DNA from: Candidatus Levybacteria bacterium CG2_30_37_29
GTDB lineage: Bacteria > Patescibacteriota > Microgenomatia > Levybacterales > GWA1-39-11
Assembly (NCBI GenBank): GCA_001873215.1
Contig: MNYS01000009.1
Coordinates: 67,654 to 131,653, forward strand
Length of the DNA: 64,000 nt
Direction: 5' to 3'
Of the stretch, positions 47,645 to 55,263 are shown piece by piece (position 1 is the first letter of the stretch; each line of letters starts with the position of its first letter). The notes under the pieces were generated by a model, which saw nothing but the letters and a program-made list of their open reading frames with translations, had not been told where the DNA came from and ran no database searches. The position numbers and the translations under genes were made by a program.

Positions 47645-49207
47645 ATCTTCTCTTTTTGAATGAAGGAAGAAAAACCACTGGTCAAAAAAGGACACAATTC
47701 CTTTGAATGGCGTTTCGATAACAAAATCAAGAATAAAAAGAAATATATTAATTTGAGAAATGCCTTCCGTAAGATATCTTCCGACACGGGCAATTGGCAT
47801 AAAGAAAAAATCGATGATTGGGGATAAAATGTTTTGTTTGTCTTCAACAGTATATAATTTTGCAGTTTGATTAATTCTGTATGCAAGAAAAGAAACAATT
47901 GCCAAAAAGAAAACAAAAATTATTTGAGAAACAAAAGTAAAATTAAGACGCGTCAGTACATAAATTACCAGACCAAAACTTAAAATAAATGTTGCAAACC
48001 AAGAAAAATTAAAAACGCTTGTCAGGAAAGGTTGATTGTTTTGGGGAGTTTTGCGAAGAATTATATTCCGCCCTATTTTTGGATTTGGGTCAAAAAGCAA
48101 TGTTTGAATACGCGAAAAAATTCTTTCCGAATTTTCCTTCCCCGGAGTCCGAATGAATAAACCAACAGCAACCATAAGAAAAGAAGGAATTATAATATTC
48201 AGAGATATACTGCCCCACATTATCCGTCCGTAAAAAAGATTTTCATATGTTCCTTCAATGGCAAATGCGACAAATACTTTTGAAAGCAGGACAAAAATAA
48301 AACTTCTTATTACTGCTCTTCTTACTTTTGCGGAAATACCGTTGTAGTGTTTTTGGCAAGTTTTAAAAATACTATTTTTAAATTCTTCATCATTTTTCAG
48401 GAGATCATAGATGTTTTCTTTTTGTATCCGAAGGATATCTTCAAAAATCAAAAAAGGTGGAATTTGCCTTTTGACATAAGTAAAAATTTTATGCCGCAAG
48501 GGGTAATTAAGTTGTGTTTCAATTTCCGTGTATCCTTGCCAAAAATTTTGGGTAACAGTTGGAAGTGACTCATCAGTCAGTTTTCCAAAATACTGTACAA
48601 AAAGTGAATACCTTAATAATGCAATATCGTTTTTTGCATAAGCCTTTTTTATTGAAATATATACTTGGGCGTCGCGGACAACTTGTGTGTCATCGGTAAT
48701 TGTAATATTATTTTTTATCAAATGGTATATATAATTTACCATTGTTTCTTTTCCCTGATTTAAATTAAGAATGTCTTCAAGATGGGAAGACATAAGCTGA
48801 AACATCCAGGTGGTCATAACAGCCTCTTTAATTTTATGTTGTTTTACAACTTGGTTTTTAAGACTAAGGTAAAGATTTATTGTTTTTGCAACATCAGTTA
48901 TTGTCTTTTCCTCAATTGATCCATCAGGGAAATACCTTGCCCATATTAGTTCTCGGATAAGGGGTGTGGCAACTTTCTCCCCATTCCCGCTTGAGATAAG
49001 TCTCCGTTTTAATATCCGCTCAATTGCGGCGCGCAAAATTACTTCTTCATCCCTATACTCTATTGCATTTCGAAGCTTTTCATACCACGCAGCAATTTCT
49101 GAAACAATTGTATTTACCGTCATTCCTTTTTCAGAATTAAAGACAGTTTTTTTGCAAAATTCCTTTACCAAAAATTCAGAATAATGATTTAATTTTTTCT
49201 CTTCCAT
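47636..49207 (-). CDS. Conserved hypothetical membrane protein
   Basis: 523-aa ORF; YEKLRNAIEYRDE, AIERILKRR; C-terminal TM helices. Confidence 0.75.
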   Translation of the reverse strand: MEEKKLNHYSEFLVKEFCKKTVFNSEKGMTVNTIVSEIAAWYEKLRNAIEYRDEEVILRAAIERILKRRLISSGNGEKVATPLIRELIWARYFPDGSIEEKTITDVAKTINLYLSLKNQVVKQHKIKEAVMTTWMFQLMSSHLEDILNLNQGKETMVNYIYHLIKNNITITDDTQVVRDAQVYISIKKAYAKNDIALLRYSLFVQYFGKLTDESLPTVTQNFWQGYTEIETQLNYPLRHKIFTYVKRQIPPFLIFEDILRIQKENIYDLLKNDEEFKNSIFKTCQKHYNGISAKVRRAVIRSFIFVLLSKVFVAFAIEGTYENLFYGRIMWGSISLNIIIPSFLMVAVGLFIRTPGKENSERIFSRIQTLLFDPNPKIGRNIILRKTPQNNQPFLTSVFNFSWFATFILSFGLVIYVLTRLNFTFVSQIIFVFFLAIVSFLAYRINQTAKLYTVEDKQNILSPIIDFFFMPIARVGRYLTEGISQINIFLFILDFVIETPFKGIVSFFDQWFFFLHSKREDLG

Positions 49208-49298
49208 AATCTTGTATTATACCAGTTTGAACAAAGTTTGCTGGCAAGAGTATGTTTATAAATTGAATACATAAGCTTTGCTGTGTTAGAATTTGCAT

Positions 49299-51419
49299 GT
49301 GGACAAAGTTTACGAACATAAAAATGTTGAGGAGAAGATTTATAAAGATTGGGAAGAAAAAGGCTATTTTGCACCCGAAGTAAACCCGGGTGGTATTCCT
49401 TATTGCATAATTTTACCTCCGCCAAACGCCAATGCGCCGCTTCATTTCGGCCACGCAATGTATGTAGTTGAAGATATTTTGATTCGCTATCACAGGATGC
49501 AGGGTGACGCGGCACTTTGGCTTCCCGGAGCAGATCATGCTGGATTTGAAACGCAATTTGTTTTTGAAAAGCATCTGCAAAAAGACGGAAAATCAAGATT
49601 TGATTACGACCGAGAAACTCTCTATAAAATGATTTGGGATTTTGTACAGAGTAATCGCGGAGGAATGGAAGGACAGCTTAGAAAACTCGGTTTTTCTCTT
49701 GACTGGTCCCGCAAAAAATTTACACTGGATCCGGATATCGTTGCAATTGTTTATAAAACTTTTAAAAAACTTTATGACGATGGCCTTATTTATAGAGCCA
49801 ATAGACTTGTAAATTATTGTACGTTTGATGGAACCTCATTTTCAGATCTTGAAGTAGTTCACCAAGAAAGAAAAAGCCCTCTTTACTACATAAAATATGG
49901 TCCTTTGGTTTTAGCAACAACGCGCCCTGAAACAAAATTTGGAGATACGGCTGTTGCGGTCAATCCAAAAGATAGCCGTTACAAAGAATATGTCGGAAAA
50001 GATCTTGACATAGAAACTGTTTTGGGAAGCGCAAAAATAAAAGTAGTTGCTGACGAAATGGTGGATATGGAATTTGGAACAGGAGTTGTAAAAATTACTC
50101 CTGCTCATGATTTCAATGATTTTGAAGTAGCGGAGAGACATAATTTGTCCTTAAAACAAGTCATTGGTTTTGACGGGAAGATGAATGAGTATGCGGGGAA
50201 GTTTGCCGGACTTTATATAAAACAAGCAAGAGCAGCAGTTGTAGAAGAAATGCAAAAAAAAGGTTTGATTGAAAAAATTGACGAGAGTTACGTGAATAGA
50301 ATTGGGCTTTGTTATAAATGCAAAAATGTTTTGGAGCCGTTACCTTTAGAGCAATGGTTTGTAAAAGTGAAACCTTTGGCAGAGAATGCAATTAAAGTTG
50401 TTAAAAATAAGAAAATAAAAATTACCCCAAAGAATTTTGAAACAATTTATTTTCAATGGCTTGAAAATTTGCGGGATTGGAATATTTCCCGCCAGACTGT
50501 TTGGGGGATTCGCATTCCGGCTTTCAAGTGTGAAAAATGTACGAAATGGATAGTGACTGATGGAAAAGTCCCTGAAAAATGTGCGAATTGTAACTCAAAC
50601 AAACTTATCCAAGATACTGACACTTTTGATACTTGGTTTTCTTCCGGGCAGTGGCCTTTCGCTGCGCTCAGGGCAAGCCGTGTTTCGACAGATTTAAAAA
50701 CTTTTTATCCTACATCTGTTATGGAAACAGGGAGGGACATTTTATTTTTTTGGGTGGCAAGAATGGTTATGCTTGGATTTTATATTACTGATGAGGCGCC
50801 ATTCAAGGAAGTTTTATTTCATGGTTTGGTAAATGATCCGTATGGTAGAAAAATGAGCAAATCAAAAGGTAATGTTGTAAATCCTTTGGAGTTGGTTGAC
50901 CAATACGGAGCAGATGCTGTACGCTTTGCCTTAATTTACGGAAACGCTACGGGAAATGATCAAGCGCTTTCGTATACCAAGCTTGACGGCGCAAGAAAAT
51001 TTGCAAACAAGCTATGGAATATGGCGCGCTTCATTGAGATGAAGCGAGTTCAAAGTTCAAAGTTAAAAGTTAAAAGTTATGAGTTTGAAGAATTGCTGAA
51101 AGAAGCAAAGAATGAAACTGATAAAGAGTGGGTTAAGAAAACACAAGGCTTAGTTTCTGAAGTTTCAAAATATATTGATAATTACCAATTTAATCTTGCT
51201 GCAGAACGCCTTTATGAATTTATCTGGCATGAATTTGCAGACAAATACATTGAAGATGTAAAAAACCGAATTGATGAAAACTCATACCTAATACTTGCTG
51301 CTTTATACTTAATACTTCTCAAGCTTCTCCACCCCTTCATGCCGTTTATAACTGAAGAAATAAATAAACAATTAGGTTTTAGTCAAGATTTAATTATTTC
51401 TGCTTGGCCCCATGATTAA
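49299..51419 (+). CDS. valS: Valine--tRNA ligase (short form; GTG start)
   Basis: PPPNAN..LHFGH, GADHAG, ATTRPET, DWNISRQ, KMSKS. Confidence 0.96.
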   Translation: MDKVYEHKNVEEKIYKDWEEKGYFAPEVNPGGIPYCIILPPPNANAPLHFGHAMYVVEDILIRYHRMQGDAALWLPGADHAGFETQFVFEKHLQKDGKSRFDYDRETLYKMIWDFVQSNRGGMEGQLRKLGFSLDWSRKKFTLDPDIVAIVYKTFKKLYDDGLIYRANRLVNYCTFDGTSFSDLEVVHQERKSPLYYIKYGPLVLATTRPETKFGDTAVAVNPKDSRYKEYVGKDLDIETVLGSAKIKVVADEMVDMEFGTGVVKITPAHDFNDFEVAERHNLSLKQVIGFDGKMNEYAGKFAGLYIKQARAAVVEEMQKKGLIEKIDESYVNRIGLCYKCKNVLEPLPLEQWFVKVKPLAENAIKVVKNKKIKITPKNFETIYFQWLENLRDWNISRQTVWGIRIPAFKCEKCTKWIVTDGKVPEKCANCNSNKLIQDTDTFDTWFSSGQWPFAALRASRVSTDLKTFYPTSVMETGRDILFFWVARMVMLGFYITDEAPFKEVLFHGLVNDPYGRKMSKSKGNVVNPLELVDQYGADAVRFALIYGNATGNDQALSYTKLDGARKFANKLWNMARFIEMKRVQSSKLKVKSYEFEELLKEAKNETDKEWVKKTQGLVSEVSKYIDNYQFNLAAERLYEFIWHEFADKYIEDVKNRIDENSYLILAALYLILLKLLHPFMPFITEEINKQLGFSQDLIISAWPHD

Positions 51420-51783
51420 TAAAGAATATTACCGCAAGATTACCGAGGTATTTCCGCGCCTTTTGTCTTCTGTCAAAACGCCTCTTTTAGAACTTCTTTG
51501 TTTGTTTCTTTTTCTGTTGGTGTTGTTTTTTGTTTGGGAGATAAATTATCTTTGGAATATATATCAGTCTGTAAAAAGCCAGCGGGCATACGTTGTACAA
51601 AAAGAGAAATATTGGGAAGGTGTAATCACACAACATCCTAATTTTCCTGACGCTTATTATCAAGCGGCGAGTTATGTCCTGAAACTTTCAGACAGTAAAA
51701 AAGCAGAAAAATTTCTTAACAAAGCGCTAATGCTTGATCCGAATTTTAAAGAGGCAATTGAATTAAAAAAAAGCTTGAATTAG
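51412..51783 (+). CDS. Membrane-anchored TPR protein
   Basis: TM helix, then HPNFPDAYY..A..KALMLDPN. Confidence 0.75.
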   Translation: MINKEYYRKITEVFPRLLSSVKTPLLELLCLFLFLLVLFFVWEINYLWNIYQSVKSQRAYVVQKEKYWEGVITQHPNFPDAYYQAASYVLKLSDSKKAEKFLNKALMLDPNFKEAIELKKSLN

Positions 51784-51798
51784 AAGAGTTACACGACG

Positions 51799-51897
51799 CT
51801 TCAAGAAAACCGTGGACTTTAGTTCGCGGATGAATTGAAGGAAGTGAACATCTTTCCTTAGGGACGAAGCCCTGGCGTTCATGCCAGGGAAGATGTT
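51799..51897 (+). mobile_element. Miniature non-autonomous IS200/IS605-type element (PATE-like)
   Basis: LE-like CTTCAAGAAAACCGTGGACTTTAGTTCGCGGATGAATTGAAG and RE-like GAAGCCCTGGCGTTCATGCCAGGGAAGATGT hairpins with no ORF between them. Confidence 0.6.
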
Positions 51898-52630
51898 ATT
51901 CTCCTTTAGACGGTTCTTCCTTTGGTTTTTCAGAAGTCTCTTCAGTTTTCTCACCCTCGTCTGGTTTTTCTTCTCCCTCTTTTGCTTCCCCGCCTTCGGC
52001 GCCTTCGCCTGCTGTTTCTGCTGCTGCGACTTCTGCTGCTGCTTCTTCTGCCGCCGCTTCTGCTTCTGCTTCTTTTGTGACAAGCTCACCAATTTTGAAC
52101 ACTGTTTGGTCACCGTCTGTAATCATGGTAACACCGGTAGGCAAAGAAATATTTGAAACAAGAATACTTTGGTCGACCTCAGAAAGACTTTCTACATTTA
52201 CTTCAATTTTTTCAGGAAGGTCTGTTGGAAGAGCTTCAATTTCAAGCTCGTTTATTAAGTGAAGAAGTAGCCCAATTTTATTGGTAACTGCTTGCGGTTC
52301 GCCAACTGCGACAACTGGAATTTTTGCCACAATTTTTTCTTTAAGATTTACTTTGAAGAAATCTGCATGAAGTGTGTCGCGGCTTTTTGGCTCAATTTGT
52401 ACATTGTGGATAAGAACAGGAATTGTTTGTCCGTCGAAAGCAAGATCAACAAGTCCTGTTTCGTGAACCTCGTTAAAAACTTTTTTAAATTCTTTTACAG
52501 GAAGTTGAACCATTTGGGATTTGATGTCTTTTCCATAGATATTTCCCGGTAGTATTCCATCTCTGCGCAGCTTGCGTACTTGTTTTCCGCTGATTGTCCT
52601 TTTTTCAACTTTTAGATTTTCCCGCTTCAT
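51896..52630 (-). CDS. rplY: 50S ribosomal protein bL25/Ctc with acidic tail
   Basis: RKLRRDGILPGNIYG, HADFF, EALPTDLPEKIEV. Confidence 0.94.
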   Translation of the reverse strand: MKRENLKVEKRTISGKQVRKLRRDGILPGNIYGKDIKSQMVQLPVKEFKKVFNEVHETGLVDLAFDGQTIPVLIHNVQIEPKSRDTLHADFFKVNLKEKIVAKIPVVAVGEPQAVTNKIGLLLHLINELEIEALPTDLPEKIEVNVESLSEVDQSILVSNISLPTGVTMITDGDQTVFKIGELVTKEAEAEAAAEEAAAEVAAAETAGEGAEGGEAKEGEEKPDEGEKTEETSEKPKEEPSKGE

Positions 52631-52672
52631 ACGTAAGAAGTTATTATACTAAAGATACCAGAAAAAAACAAA

Positions 52673-53368
52673 CTAAACAACATATTCACAGTTTGATTTT
52701 AATCCTTCTATACAGCCTTTCATAGTTAATAATCTACTTAAACTTTCCTTGACGTGTATTCTCAAAACGCCCTTGTAAGTGTTTTTATTAACATACTGTT
52801 TTTTTAATTGCGATTTTTGATAAAAAGTCTTTGTAAATTGAGCAAGGGGAATATTTGTGGTTTTTGACCAAAACTTTTTGATTAATGGCTCGCGCCCGAT
52901 ATGAGAAATATTCAAACTTAAACGTGGAGTTAGGTCTGATGTTTTAACTCCCAACATATAAAGCCAAGAAATATAAAATTTAACCATTTGCGGATCAGAA
53001 TTGCAAAATCCTAAGCGGTGTTCGTGCTTATTTTTAAAACCTTCTGCCCAATAAAGCGCTACGCCCGCAATGAATAGTTCCCTTTTAGTCAGTTTTCCAA
53101 TCTCGCTTTTTCCATGTTTTAGTAATTTTTGTTCTTTATGTGCTCTATTTTTCTTCTCTTTTGCCTGAGCGAACTTTCTTCCTTTTTGTAAAGCAAGCGC
53201 TGAACGCTTTTTCAGTTTATTTATGTTTTCTTCCGAAAGGGAAATATCTGTGATCCAACCTCTTAGCGTGGTTTTGGGAACAGTAAGCGCAACGACGATG
53301 TCATTAAGGGAAGCCCCGTTTATTCTTAACCTTCTTGCCTCATCCTTAATATGTGAATTATACTTCAC
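52673..53368 (-). CDS. HTH + LAGLIDADG-like putative homing endonuclease (free-standing)
   Basis: ARRLR..GASL..I..VPKTTLRGW HTH; FIAGVALYWAEG helix followed by FCNSDP; GTG start 7 nt after TATACT. Confidence 0.7.
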   Translation of the reverse strand: MKYNSHIKDEARRLRINGASLNDIVVALTVPKTTLRGWITDISLSEENINKLKKRSALALQKGRKFAQAKEKKNRAHKEQKLLKHGKSEIGKLTKRELFIAGVALYWAEGFKNKHEHRLGFCNSDPQMVKFYISWLYMLGVKTSDLTPRLSLNISHIGREPLIKKFWSKTTNIPLAQFTKTFYQKSQLKKQYVNKNTYKGVLRIHVKESLSRLLTMKGCIEGLKSNCEYVV

Positions 53369-53465
53369 AATTTTTAGTATAAATTTCTCTCCGCACCAAG
53401 TCAAGAAGATTTTATAGGTATCGCTGTGCGGTTGATAATTACATTTATTTTTGCTAATATAGGTA

Positions 53466-53723
53466 TGCGGGGTAGTGTAAAGCTGCACACGAGGCTCAAA
53501 ATGGGCTCCCTGATTTTATTTCAGGGTTAATTCAGCTATATCGGTGGAATCCTGCTAAGGGCTATACCGAGGTAACCACGTTTAGTTTATATAAATATGG
53601 ACACCGTAGAGACTATACGCTGAAGTCCGATAAAAATCGGGCAAGATATAGTCCGACACTCCAAGTAATTGGAGCAACAGTATGCATAATCTTGTAGACA
53701 AGGTGCGATTCCTTGCCCCGCAA
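53466..53723 (+). tRNA. tRNA with CAU anticodon (Met-type), exons 53466-53496 and 53685-53723
   Basis: Joined exons give acceptor TGCGGGG/CCCCGCA-A, D-arm GTGT/GCAC, anticodon arm CGAGG-CT^CAT-AA-TCTTG, T-arm CAAGG-TGCGATT-CCTTG. Confidence 0.88.
53497..53684 (+). ncRNA. Group I intron (188 nt, no ORF) inserted after U33
   Basis: P1 GGCUCA/UGGGCU with U:G at the splice site, P3 UUCAGC/GCUGAA, P4 UCGGU/ACCGA, R GUAGAGACUA, S AAGAUAUAGUCC, terminal G, P10 AUG/CAU. Confidence 0.92.
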
Positions 53724-53821
53724 CACAGTAGGAATAGATACATATAACTTCCTACAGCTTCACTAGTCAGTTATACATTCTTCATTATTTTAAACATAAC
53801 TTTTTCTGGTATTATAAGGAT

Positions 53822-55216
53822 GTGGAAAAAATAAAACCTTTACTTCTCTCTATTGTTGCAAACACACGTATTATTCGAATTGGAATCATTGTTTGGGTTT
53901 TTGCTCTGATTATTTTGGCGCTTTTTGTCTTTACCAGAACTAAAGAGACAAAACCAACTTCTTTTGCTCCAAAGCCTACTCAGACAAAAACAAATTTTCA
54001 AACTATTCCGCCTATAACATATTCTCAGCCGGAGACAATTTCCCAAGCAAAAAAACAACAAATATTTACGCTTTCAGGGGCAGCTGATGATATCCCAACA
54101 CTTGATTCCGAAGAGCAAGCATTTCTTCCCCTAATCAACGCTTTTAGGGCTGAAATTGGAGCTCCCGCATTAAAAGTTTCGGTTAATCTTACAAAGGCTT
54201 CGCAATGGATGGCACGCGATCTTGCGCAAAGAGGTATCCTTTCACACACGGATTCTTTAGGACGCACTCCGCAAGAAAGGGTTGCTTTTTTTGGATACTC
54301 ATATGTGCCTCTAGGTGAAAATGCAGCATGGGCAGGAGGAAGCGCGCAGGCTGTTTTTGACGGATGGAAAACCGGGTGTGATGATTTTGGAAGCGGATGT
54401 ACATACACTCACCGAGAGCAAATGAAAAGTCCAGGAATGAGCGCCATAGGGATTGGCAGAGCTCAAGGTTCTACCGGCAACTGGTTTTGGGTGACTGATT
54501 TTGGCGCTGTTCTTGACCAAGAACTTCCGCAAGTCACCGCAACACCAACAACTACCCCTACAAGCCCTACTGCTACCCCGACTCCTACATCAGAACCAAC
54601 CCAAATGCCAACGCCTACAGTAACTCCCGGCGGTCCAACAGAGACTCCAACCCCGACCGGAAATCCGACAGCAACTCCCACTCTAACGCCTGGCGGAACA
54701 GGAATAAAGATTACAATAAGTCTTCCTGGAATTGGCGGTACTGGTCAAGGAATAAATTCTAATCCTGTTCATAAAACAAGAGATGCAAATCTAAAACTTA
54801 TAGATGTACAAAATAACGAAGTAAAAAGTGTGAGCGGAAAAGTTGATTGGGATTCTGTAAATTATAATTATTCAGGCGTAATGGATTTGGGCACTGGAGT
54901 TACAAGCGGAAAGTACATAGTTAAAATAAGAGTAGCAAATATGCTTTGGAAACAAATACCGGGAATTGCTACGGTAACTTCCGGAAGTACAGCAAATACA
55001 ACGCTACCTGTAGAGCTTGTCGGTGGAGATACTGATAATGATAATCAGCTTACGTTGCAAGATTACAATACATTTATATACGATATTTTAAATTGCTATC
55101 TTACCGGTGGTAAAATTTGCGACGTTTTAGCAGTTGACTTAAATGATGACGGAAAGCTTGACGAAATAGATCTAAGTCTTCTCTATTCAGGATTTGCAAA
55201 AAGAAAAGGAGATTAA
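53822..55216 (+). CDS. Surface protein: TM + CAP domain + Pro/Thr linker + beta-sandwich + dockerin-like domain
   Basis: LINAFR, ILSHTDS, GENAA, IGIG; PT repeats; GDTDNDN and DLNDDGKLDEID Ca-binding loops. Confidence 0.83.
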   Translation: MEKIKPLLLSIVANTRIIRIGIIVWVFALIILALFVFTRTKETKPTSFAPKPTQTKTNFQTIPPITYSQPETISQAKKQQIFTLSGAADDIPTLDSEEQAFLPLINAFRAEIGAPALKVSVNLTKASQWMARDLAQRGILSHTDSLGRTPQERVAFFGYSYVPLGENAAWAGGSAQAVFDGWKTGCDDFGSGCTYTHREQMKSPGMSAIGIGRAQGSTGNWFWVTDFGAVLDQELPQVTATPTTTPTSPTATPTPTSEPTQMPTPTVTPGGPTETPTPTGNPTATPTLTPGGTGIKITISLPGIGGTGQGINSNPVHKTRDANLKLIDVQNNEVKSVSGKVDWDSVNYNYSGVMDLGTGVTSGKYIVKIRVANMLWKQIPGIATVTSGSTANTTLPVELVGGDTDNDNQLTLQDYNTFIYDILNCYLTGGKICDVLAVDLNDDGKLDEIDLSLLYSGFAKRKGD

Positions 55217-55263
55217 GGGTAAAGATTGTTGCAATAAATAATTTAGTCTAGAATAATAGTAAA

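Noticed and set aside
51881-52156. Cys/Phe-rich 91-aa ORF (and the Gln/Lys-rich 51763-52113 ORF)
   Set aside because: Antisense and alternate-frame shadows of the low-complexity Ala/Glu tail of rplY
53369-53488. N-terminal extension of the LAGLIDADG-like ORF
   Set aside because: Overlaps the tRNA and its promoter; the GTG at 53368 follows a TATACT box
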